Shown: one piece after another, positions 40,501 through 52,500 of the stretch | How positions within the stretch are numbered: the stretch's first letter is position 1 | Layout: each line of letters starts with the position of its first letter | NCBI GenBank assembly: GCA_050084985.1 | Contig: JBITNC010000001.1 | Span: 79,236,001 to 79,300,000, forward strand | DNA from: Nageia nagi | Lineage: Eukaryota; Plantae; Pinophyta | Length of the DNA: 64,000 nucleotides | Reading direction: 5' to 3' | Made by a program: the position numbers and the translations under genes | The notes under the pieces: model-generated | What the model was told of the DNA's origin: nothing | Seen by the model: the letters and a program-made list of their open reading frames with translations, nothing else | Databases searched by the model: none

Positions 40501-43500
40501 ATGTTTGATGCATTAAAGATACCTAATCAATTAGATCTTCTGCAAGAAGCTTTGAAGTTAAGAAACAGTAAAAAGAGGACAAATGAAGAGAATCCTATCT
40601 ATGCTGTGTCTGAAGTTGTCCCTCCAGCTCCAATAGGTATAACGAAACCCTCACCTTTCTATTTATCCCTGAGACTAGAAGGTTGGGTAGTGAACAATTG
40701 TATGATAGATACCGGAGCTACAATAACTGTTATCCCTAAAGCTATTGTAGACGAAATGAAGTTGTACATTACAAGATGCATGAACGGTGTCATACAATTA
40801 GATTCTTCCTCAGTAAATGTGGTTGGTAGTGTTAAAGGTGTTCAAATAACCCTCTGATATTTGTGTTGTTTAAGACATTATTGTAGTTGATCTTCCATCT
40901 CTATTTGAAATGTCTTTTCAAAGAATTTACTGCTAAATTGAGAGGGTACCTAGCCTTAGACTATAGTCATCTTATGCTTCCTTTCCAAAACAAACAGGTG
41001 AAGATTTTGAATGAAGGCACTACAACTATCCATCTCAAGAGGATCAATGAAATAAACTACATGAATGATCCACAATCAGTGGAGATATTTGAAAGTGACA
41101 CACTAAGGGAATCACTACTGACAACTGAAGTTCTTTCAACGAATGATCTGAATTATCAGGTCACAGATGCTAGCATGGGCAATTATTGTTTATATGAGAA
41201 AGTTCAGCCAATTTCAGTCACTGCTGATAAAGAACATGAGGTATGGATGATGTATTTTGATGGTTTCGGATGTAGACATGGATGTGAAGCTGGAGTGGTT
41301 TTCAAATCTTCCAAGGGGACCACCAAAAGATTCTCCTTTCGATTCACATGGACCTGTACAAACAATGTTGCTAAATATGAAGCCCTTTGCTTAGGGTAAT
41401 CTAAAGCAATCAGTATAGGCATCAGATGCCTAATTGTCCATGGTGATTCTGAATTGGTCATCAAGCAAGTTAAAAATCAGATCAGTGCAAAACATCATTA
41501 CCTGAAGAACTAAAGGAATAGTGTAGGATTTATTGGAGTCCTTTCTGGCTATCAATTTTATATCTGTTCTTAGAAGGCACAACCAAATAGCTAATGCACT
41601 TGCTGGAAGAGGGGCACGTTATAACCCTGCTCATAAAAGAGGAGCTCTTGGAGTCAAAGTTTAGTGTAGGCCTTCAGTACCCAATCCTGCAAACTTCTGG
41701 CAAGTATTTGACTCTGATGAGCATATTGTGAACTTCCTCGTAGATGAAGCAATGGCTCACACTTTTGGTACTCAAGAAATGTCTAATTGTTTCCAAGAAT
41801 CAGATGTCATTCAACTCAGAAACAATGTAATACCTAAAGGACTGCTCTCTTTTGAAAGACTGTTTGATTCAAAAGATGTCCTAAAGGCTAAGTCTTCGAT
41901 CATCCTAAAGAAGAACTATTTTTGAGCTGGAAGTAGAACCTGAGAAGCTTATAAAAATTGGTTCAAAGTGTTTTGATGCAGAAAAAACTGTTGTCTCAGA
42001 TTTATTATGAGTTTTCCCAAGTAATTGCTTGGACTTATGATGATCTTAAGACATATGACAAAGATGTCATCCAACACACGATTGAACTTGAACCAGAGGT
42101 CAAACCATACAAGCAAAAACAAAAACCTGTCAACCCAAAGATAGAAAAAGCTATGAAACAGGAGTTAATCAAGCTCCTTGATTCAAAAATCATTTATCCT
42201 ATCAAGCATTCTTCTTAGGTTGCAAATCTAGTTCCTGTTAGAAAGAAAAGTGAAAAAATCAGACTCTGTGTTGATTTCAGAAATTTGAATAAAGTGTCCC
42301 TTAACGATAATTATCCTCTCCCGCCAATGGAGCAGATCTTGCATACAGTAGCCAGAGCTTGCTGTTTTTCAATGATTGATGGCTACTCAGGATTTAACCA
42401 GATTTGGGTGAAGGATGAATATCAGTTTAAAACAGCATTTACAATTAAATGGGGGACATTTGCTTTTCAAAGGTTGCCATTTGGTCTTTCTAATGCAGGA
42501 GCTACTTTTCAAAGAGCCATAGATCATGCATTTGGTGAGCTAATAAACAAGATTATATTGCTCTATTTAGATGATATCATTGTCTTCTCCAAAAGTAGAA
42601 GTGATCACCTGGAACATCTATGATCAGTCTTTGAAAAATGCATGAAATTTGGCATATCAATCAACCCAAAAAAATCAATTTTTATGATCAACCAAGGAAA
42701 GTTACTTGGCCACACTATCTCAAAAGAGGGATTAGCAATTGATCCAGACGGAGTAAAAACTATAGAAGCATTGCCACTCCCCTCTAACAAGAAGGCCTTA
42801 CAATCATTCCTTGGTCAGATCAATTTTGTTAGGAAATTTATTAATAATTTTTTAGAAATTGTATCTCCAATCACTTCGATGCTAAATAAAGATGCTATAT
42901 TTTCTTGATCATGTGAAGTAAAAGTAGCCTTCAAAGATAAAAAAGACTATAACAGAAGCTTTTGTGCTTAAAAATCCTGATATGTCAAAAAATTTCATCA
43001 TGTATGCACATGGGGCAAACAGGAGGATTGCTGCAATTCTTGCACAAAAGGATGACAATAATGAAGAACACCCGATTGCCTTTCATAGTCAAACACTGCA
43101 TTAACACCAGCAAAGGTACTCATTTATTGAAAAGCAAGTGTTTTCCATTATGAAGGGATTTAAAAAATTCAAACACTGTCTCCCATATTAGAATCCTTGT
43201 ATATACTATTCATCCAGATGTAAGAAATTATATAATACAAGGAGATCTAGGTGAAGGAAAAGCTGGTTGGATCACTAAAGTAATGGAATATGACAAAGAT
43301 TAAGCTAACCAAACTGATCAGAGGCAGGGCTCTCTGTGAAAATATGGTTGAAGCTTCACATATGATCGCTCTTGTGGAGGATGAGCAACAACTTAATCAT
43401 GAAAGTGATTGGATTAAGCAAATCATGGTTTATTTTGAATCTGGTAGGTGCCCTAAAGCTCTAGATAGTTTCCAAAGAAAGATATTCAGATTGCATGCCC

Positions 43501-46500
43501 TTAAATTTATCATGATAGATGACCATTTGTATAGAAAAAATTTTGATCAAACCCTTCTCAAATGTGTGACTCAAGATGAATCCCGTAGAATACTACATGA
43601 ATTTTATTACGGATTCTCTGGCAGGCATTACAGTGGACCAACTACAGCAGCAAAGGTATTACAAGCTGGATATAATTGGCCCGCTATGTTTCAGGATTCA
43701 TTCAAGATTGCCCGAGAGTGTGATAAGTGTAACAAATTTGTGGGAAAGAGAAGACAAGCTGCAATGCCTCTTAAACCTGTGGTAGTCGAAGAGCCCTTTC
43801 AGCAGTGGTGTATGGACTTCATTGGTGTCATAAACCCAAATTTCTTAGCAGGCCACAAGTTTATTTTGACTACAACAGATTACTTCACTAGATGGTCAGA
43901 GGCTATGCCATGCAAAAATACAAATCAAGAAGCAATGATAGAAATGATTAAAAGGATAATCACCCACTTTGGAATCCCACAGACTATAATGTCAGACAAT
44001 GGTCCGACATTTACTGAGGGCAATCTGTCAAGCTTTGTAGCTCAATATGGAATTTACTGGTTATACTCTTCAAACTATTACCCACAGGGTAACTGGTTAG
44101 CTAAATCAACTAACAAAAATCTGATCAGGATCATCAAAAGAACAATTGAAGGGAATCCTAGACAATGGCATACACAATTAAACTATGCATTATGGGCTGA
44201 TAGAATTAGTATAAAATCAGCAATAAAGAGATCCCTATATGCATTGGTATATGGTAAAAGATCAGTGTTGCCAGTACACATGGAGTTACCAGCTTTAAAA
44301 ATCCTGCAAGAAATAGAAGACCATGACTTTGAGCCACTACAGTGCAGACATAGTCAGCTCCTAAAACTGGAGGAAGATCGAAACAAAGCATATGAGTCAT
44401 TTCAACATTGTCAGCACATCGTCAAGAGGTGGTTTGATAAAAAAAAAAAAATCTTCCTGAGTGAAGTTTGAACCAGGTGATATTGTCCTCAAATGGGATG
44501 AGAAAAGAGCAAAGCCCGAAAGACACCAAAAATTTGACTCTCTTTGGAGCGGGCCTTACATCATCACCCAGGCTATGCAAAATAATGCATTCAAATTGCA
44601 AGATGTTACCGGGTCCCGGGAATTACCTATTCCCATCAACTGGATCTATTTAAAACATTACTGGGTAATGAGGTAAACTTGTACTGCCCACAAAGCATTG
44701 TATATTGTGAACAAAAAAAAAATTGCACAGTTTTCAAAAAAAAGTAAATAGCCATTAATGCTCAAATTTAATTCAGTATTATTAAGAGTTAATGTCAGCG
44801 TACTGCTTAGTTGTCAACTTTAGTGCAGTTTTGTCAAGAGTTAATGAGGGCGTGTTGCTCAGCTGTCATTGGATATATTTATTTAAGAAAAGATTTCCTT
44901 GGATTTTACGAACTGTCGCACAAGTAGAACAAATTAACTCTAGTGTGCTTTGAATTTACTAATCCAACCTATGCCAGTTCAATCCGTACAATGCGCGGGT
45001 CACAAGATCATCAAAAAGTAATTGCCATTAATGGAAATCTTGCCAACTTTGGACAAATAAAATCCCCCCCATACTTTATAGTTCAACACTTAGCCAATTT
45101 CAAGCACATAAGTTTCCAAAGCATTCAGAGCTTAAAGATTTCAGAGCTGAGTTGTGTTGAAAGAGAGAAAAGTTGCAGGACCTCGCATTGCTCAGATTGT
45201 TGTTTCTAAATGACAACCAAAGGTTCAAAAAAGGTTGTTAATATCATGGCGACCTTTCAGTCATCCTCTACAGCTAAAGTAGAACAACTCGACGCTGACC
45301 TCCTCTCTTTACAAGAAGAATATCTCGAGAATGCACCAGGAGTGAACTGGACTAAAATGGGAGTAATTAGTCATATGAATACATGGAGAGCTGACCCTTG
45401 CCACATTCTTTTGCAACTTAAGACACCTGAAGTGACTGGGAAAAGGAAGTCGCTCATTCAAAGAGAGATGTTATGATTGATCAAGGCTTGGCATACTATG
45501 TGCCCTATGAGTCCTTCATCTGCCCCAAGCTTTTGTATTCCCTGGCACACAAGCATCATCAAAAAGGGTACCAAATTGGAATGTTCAAGAGCACTAAAGA
45601 GGGAGATACTTCTAAGCCGATGTTTGAAGTAGTACTGGATTACTCCCCTAACTCCATCGTCCAAGCATTTGTTGTTCTGACGGACTGGACGTTCCATGTT
45701 AAAAAACAAATTGATTTGAAAAAGGAGAAATATGATTTTTATATCAATCAAGATGAAATGCTAAGCTGTATTAGTGCAAAATACCAAGACAGCAGAAATG
45801 TTAAACTCTTGTCGAGCTACCAGATAACTCTTTTTGAAAGAAAGAAGGATAGAGAAGTGCTGCAGGCACTCGTAGTCATCCTGGGAAAAAAGACCCAGAT
45901 TGAAGCAGACAAAGCCATGGTGCGTATGGCTTATAACATTTTAGAAGCCCATATCTGCTATGATTTCCCAGCTTTTATAACTGGAGAAATTAAGAGGTGT
46001 CTGTTCAAGATTGAAAAGTTAGATTTTAGACATTCCTCGTATCTTTGGTGGCTCTTTGTCCATCAAAATCTGGACAAACTCATAGAGGCAAGGCTCCCAA
46101 TTGAGCCGACCAATTCCAGTGCTACGCCGATGCCAATTGACCTGATGGTGCCAATTTTGACCAAGGTGCATGGATCCTACTATGAGTTCATGGATAAGTT
46201 CTATGCAACTGCAGTAAAAATTTTGATTGGAAAACTCCCCAATAGGCTACACAAAAGCACAATGAGGGAGCTATAAGGAGGAAATAAAATCAATGATTGG
46301 TACTTCTTGAAAAACCGCACCATAATAATCAGGTATGGGTATTTTGAGAGACCCTTCTTTTTGCCTAAATATGTTAACCCCCAATTGTATTCAATAAAGA
46401 TGGGTAAACAGATTTGTGCCATAGAGAGTAAATATGGGTCTGGGGGTAACTTTAAGTCTATTGTAAATATACCAGCTTCTACTAAGAATTTTACTCTTTT

Positions 46501-49500
46501 AGAGATAAGATGTAAAGATAGTATAACCCATTTTATTGTACAGAATTTCAAGTTGGATAAAGTGGGAACTGCATGGATGTATGACCCATCAGGGGAGATG
46601 ACCCAAATAATAAGGACTAGCAAAAACCATCCAGCATTTGCCCATGACAGTAGGCCCCATATAGAATATTTTGTAAATAAAATTGAGCAGGAGGCAGAAA
46701 TGTACCCAGATTGGGAATTTGTACCCCTCAATAAGGCCTAGGGAAGAAATAAGGAAATATAGAAATTGGGAAAATAAGAGGCAAGATTTTGTCCTCAACC
46801 TAGAGGTCCTCACCCAATTAGCATATCTTGGGTGGGGTACCAATAAAATTCATTATTTTACAAGATTCAAATTTGAGTATACCACAAAAATTCACCATAT
46901 TGAGAGTGAATTATTTGACAAATTCAAATATGATAAGTACTGAAAGGCTGAGTATTCCAAGGATCCTCTCTTGGAGTTGAGACAGCCTCTTCCTCCACAT
47001 TTTCGCTGGAAACTTGCTACAAAGGCAAGAACAGTACAAACAAGAGAACCATCTGGCATGGTTCAAACTCCAAAGAAGGGAGAACAAAACCTTTCGAACA
47101 CCACCACCTCTTCCTAGGAACCTTCTCCCAAAAAGAAAAGAAAAGTTCAAACTCTTACTCAAAGGCAACAAATATTGGAGGAGCAAAAGCCTGTAAAAAA
47201 GCCCCGGTCTACTACAGCAAGGTCACAGTCACAAACGATTGTACCTTCGCCTTCAGAGGCAATAGAAGAAGTCCCAAAGGTGGTAATAAAAGAAACAGAA
47301 ATTTTTGACACTGAAGAGTTTAAAGAGCCACAAGATACAAATGTTGGTGCTGCAGAACAAGCGCAGGAACAAGAACAAACAGAAACCTCAGAAGAGGGAC
47401 AGAGCCAAATTCCACAAAGCAAGGGAGATGTACCTGAAGCCAGTGGATTAGCAGCAGCTGCACTCGGAGGAGGACCGGGAAATGGTGATGATGACGATAA
47501 ATCCAAGAAAAAGGACTCTGGCCCAATGGATAAGCTTGAAGAACAAGGTGAGGCCATGGAAGAAACCAAGCCTGAACCAGAAGTCCAACAGTTGACACCT
47601 CCACGATAGTCCCAACCAATTCAACAAATTGAGACACCTATTATAGGTGGAATTATTTCTACCCATTCTTTTATTCCTATAGCCTCGCAAGAGGAAATAA
47701 AGTCAATTTTTTCTACACAAATTGTAAAGCCCATTGATTGGGCAACCTTTGTTAATAAATCTCTTGTGCTCCCTGAGCAACAGTCAAGAAAGGGGGGAAG
47801 TTGTATAAATAGCTAGCTTTTAAAAATCAAAAAAGGTCAGACATTTTAGCAAATTTGTCCAAATCTGTAAGAACTATTCACATATGATAATACAAACAAA
47901 CAATGCTTTGCTCTCTTGTACCAAAGTGGTTGTTATTGCTTTTGTGAATGTTATGTGTGAAATGTTTTCTTCAAATTGTGGCTATGTATTGTGATTGCGA
48001 GACCCCAAGTGCAAGATAGTTTACTATTCTTAATCTTGGCTATGGATTGTTGCCTGTGCTGCAATGCCCAGATTGTAAATTTCTTGTTTTAGATGTTTAT
48101 TTACTTATCTCTTTCCTGTAACTCTTCATCCTTTTATTCCTTTCCTATTACTTTTGACCTTAAATATAGATAGGAACCGGCCTATAAACCGGAGATTGAG
48201 CAGAAAACCAACAGAAGTGCATCCCCACCACTTTTTGCTCTTTCAAGGAACCTACCGTTGCGGGCAATGGAAAACACGACCAAACCAAACCCTTGAGGTT
48301 ACGCTATATCGATCAACACATCTCAATCTCCCCTCTCATTTTTTTTTTTATTTTACACTTTTTTCTGCGGCTTTCGCACCCCCAATTTTATTTACCTTGT
48401 TTGAGAAACAAACCTTGTCCAGATACAACAACAATCCGAGTCCTTCATTAACAAATTTTATTTGAGGTTGATGTCAACTTCAAACATCCTAACCAGTCTC
48501 CTGAGTCAATTCTTGCACACCCATTTCACAAGACCTTTGAGGTAGTTAGTCCTCATAACGGGTAGGGGTAATGCCCTTCCACCTAGGTGTTGGTTCCTTT
48601 CCCAAGCCTTGCAAACCAATTTGCCTATTCGCAGGGTAGGAAAGAAAAACGGCCCAACATCTTCAATCCTGGTTTGAATGCTCACTTACAAGATCTTGTT
48701 TGTACTTGGAACAAATCTTAGCTTGAAGATTATTCAGGAAAAAAATCACAATCTGGGTCAGTGTTCATCCCCACCAAACCTTTTCCTTTAGCAACTTTCT
48801 TAGTTGCAGCTAGTTGACATTGATGTTGATAGAACAAACAAGTAGGCACCAGTATTCTTCTTGAGGATTAGATGTTCCAACTTCTGGCCCTCCAGCCATA
48901 GCATTTGTTCTTCCAACAGCATTGCTTGTCGAAGCTCCTTGATCATTGGTTACATATGCTAGCCTCTTTTGTTGGTAGCCTTCAAATCTTCTTTCTAAAT
49001 TCTGTCTTTCCACATAAGTGATCTTATTTGCTAAATTCTTGATCATATCTTTCTACTCTTGCATGTTAATGGATTCCTATGCCTGCCTGGCAACATCTAT
49101 TGTTTTGATCTTTGTCTTTGTCGATTATTTTAGGAAGTTGATGCCATTCTTCTCGATGAGAACTCCAATGTTGAAGCTTGCATGTAGAAGGCTTATCTTC
49201 ACTTTACAGTGCTGAATTTATTTGAGAAATATGTAATCATTGAATGCACTTGTCAGCTTAACTTCAGGTTCGGCATCTCTGATCTTTACTTTATCTCTCT
49301 TAAGGTTGAAATTCAGAGATAGCTAGCTGTATGATGACATCATTCTATTCAAGTTCAGCCTGTTGAGGAAGGAGCTTAATACCAGACTGGAACTGTTGAG
49401 GAGGCTAGCTGACATCATTGTTTATGTTCCAGATATGTAAAGAATAAAGAATATAAGCCCGGAATTGCTTCCTTAGGCTTAATCTCAAATAATGAAAAAT

Positions 49501-52500
49501 TAAAACTGGATTTCCAGAGATATTAGCCCCGAATTAATTCCTTAATGAATAAAGGATTAGGACTACAATAACAAACATAGTTTTGACACTTTTCAGGATC
49601 ACATAAAACTGAGTAAACTCGGTTGATTTCTCTCATTTTCTCCTCAGCCTGCTTTTCTTCATGTTCAGATGCGCTTGCCAGTGATCAGGGTGTCCTTGAA
49701 GAGCAAGTTTTAGTAATACAAAAATGCTAGAATTTATTGCAAACAAACCTAGGCCCCATGTAATTATGGAATGGAGCACACCACAACAAAAGTACATATT
49801 AAGATGCAAAACCTCATTCTCCTACCATAATGAACATGCGTTTTAGAAATTTCATTGCAAAAATATTTCCTCAATCAGCAAATTCACAAATGCCCTATTA
49901 GTATGTCCTTTCTCATGTGTGGTATGCAGTTTCAACATTTGTATGCGCACAATTTGATTTTATGTACATGGGGTATTACCTTGGTTAAACTTAGATTTAT
50001 GTGATGACATGTGCATATCGACATTTTTATTTATTTGTAAATTTAAGTAGTTTATCTCAATCAAACGTGTCTGCAGTAGGTTCAAAGATGTTAGTTGATC
50101 CTTATCGCTTACAATTAACCTGCCCATCTTCCCATCTCTCATTTGTGCTCTATTAAGCTCTAAATATTAGGCACATTCAGTAGTGCATGATCCTGTTGCT
50201 GCGAACACTGTTTATAAATAAACACATACTGAGTGTTTATTTTTATGGTATCCTGGTTGTTAAAACTATCTATGCCTAATACTTGGCTATCAGACATAAA
50301 AAAAAATATTTTCCCTATACAAAGATGGATACCAATTTACAAGAATCACGGGGAAAATTAACAAGGAAAAACAAAGCGGACCACGATTATATAACTAAGC
50401 ATTTCACAATCATTCACCTTACCTATATCATAAAAACTAGTACAAGCATACAAAACAATAATTTTGAAAGTATATAACATCAAGTTGAAGGTAATTAAAA
50501 GAGAATGGTTCTGTTTTACAAAAATAAAAGATACGTTAAATTTACCTGCGGTTACATTAAAAACAGTGTGTTCAGTCGGACGTTCTGGATCCACTATGTG
50601 AATAGGTATCCAGAACGGCAGTTGCACATTGGAGCTGAAAAACAAAATGGAATATATGAATATAAGGATAAAAAGAGGTATACACGTACAAGATTGCTAA
50701 CAGAGGAGAGCTAAATGCATTAATGTGATCATCCGAAGTTGCCAATTAGAACAATACAAGCAATATAATCAGCTAATTACATTTTAGCCAGGTCACTGAA
50801 TGGGAATTGTGTCCATAGTACCCTAATAATTTACCAATCCAACGTCTCATGTCTTTTTCAGCCATATGTTAATCAATTCACTAAATGAGATCATGTTCAG
50901 ACATGACATGGATGGCTGCAAACATATATCAATAATAGCATAATCGATGAATGAGGGTGATTCTATTCCTATGGTGGATGGTTGCAATTGAGAACAGCTG
51001 CTTCCTAAAGAAAGGGAACAATTGTATTCCCTAATTTAATGTATTTTCCTAATGCCTTGGATATTGTCAAAGTCCATAGTGCTATTTCATCAAACAACAC
51101 AGCTAAAAATAAAGCAACAGATAGTTTACATTCATTGCTAGCACAGAAGAATTGATATAACTACAAGCCTGCACATAGAAGATGTTGAAATGTCAATCCA
51201 GACAAGAGAAACAGTCAAACAAGAACGTGATATCCGTAATTAGGGAAAATGTGCCAATCTTCAAGACATCTTACATTCAAGTCATAGCTGGCCAATGAAT
51301 ATGAAGCCTCATATTTATCATAGTAGTAAAGCTCGACAATTAATCGGATTAATTGCCAAGTTGTCAACCGAGTTGGGCGAAACAAATAAATCATGCTCGG
51401 GTTGCAAGTAATTGGTTTTCTAATGTCACTCAAGTAATTGAGTGATTTTTTCAACAAGTGATCACCTGAAAACTCATGAATGCGAGTTTGGCAAAAAAAT
51501 CCGCCTGCAACTACCAAATTGCATGTGCAAGAGTACACAAACAACTTTGCATCTGGCCACCCTACGAGGGCATGCCAAATCAACCCTGCACGTGTCACCA
51601 TGCAATCTCATGCGAGTGCAAGCGCATGCCCAACATCCTTGGGATATCTAGAAAATAGGCATGTGTATGATTAAACATATATACATATCTGGGAAAAAGG
51701 ATAATTTTAGCCTATGTAAAATGATTGTCCAATTATCATTAGAATGAGACTTGAAAGCTTATTTACATTCTTGAGATTATACGAAGGTTAACATTACTTG
51801 CAATGATTTATTGAAAGCATTTAATCACCTTCTCAAACTATTTTATATACTTAAGAATTATAAAATTGTAGGTGTATGGAAGGTATGTTTTAGTAAAGGA
51901 GTTCAATCTTTTTTCATTATTCTCTATTTCTTATATCAATTATTAGCCAAAAACAATTGTACACTAAAGATGTATAATTTTCCATTATGTAGGAATTTTG
52001 GAAATAATTTTCAAAATTGCTATAATGTAGAAGCATGATCATTTAAATTTATGGACATGTGCATTCCTTAAGATATTCTTCCATTTGCTAATGAATTAAG
52101 CATAAATTTGCATGGTCACTTGGATGTTGATTGGGGAAAGAATTAAATCACGCATTAAGATCCATAGAAGAGAATGACCCTAACCCTCAAATGATATCAC
52201 TAATCTGACTCCTCTCTGTCACAACTGAAGATCGATGAGATAAAAGTAAGAAACAATTATGATAAAAGAAAGGATATGGTCCCTAAATATGTATGGGATG
52301 TTGCACTATTAAAACTATTGTTCTTGTAAATACGAACATTGATGTAATTATTAACATGATGTATTTACAGTAGAAATGCTTACTGAAAATGTTGTAAATG
52401 ATTAATATCTTTTGTTTTATAAATGGATTTGAATTGAGAAGCATTATTAACCAAAAACAGTTGTGCACTAAAGATGTATAGTTTTCCGTTATGCAGGATT

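Larger units (their letters stand above)
36774..48318 (+). mobile_element. Near full-length Ty3/Gypsy Tat-clade LTR retrotransposon (TatII-type order GAG-PROT-aRH-RT-RH-INT plus extra ORF), degenerate
   Basis: TSD CATCT at 36769-36773 and 48319-48323; 5' LTR 36774-38622; PBS TGGCACACTCGATGGGACC at 38640-38658; gag from about 39006; MIDTGAT about 40700; aRH WMMYFDG...TNNVAKYEAL...GDSELVIKQ 41240-41610; RT LYLDD; integrase QQWCMDFIG/SDNG/WSGPY. Confidence 0.95.
28481..48659 (+). mobile_element. Second plus-strand copy of the palindrome-array/short-ORF LTR unit, split into three pieces (about 28481-28927, 34824-36773, 48324-48659) by two nested insertions
   Basis: Degenerate palindrome units on both sides of the 28928-34818 insert; ORF 35460..35918; homology to 1500-2618 continues across the 36774-48318 insert; terminus GGTAGGAAAGAAAAACGGCCCAACA at 48659. 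The left end is not defined. Confidence 0.75.
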
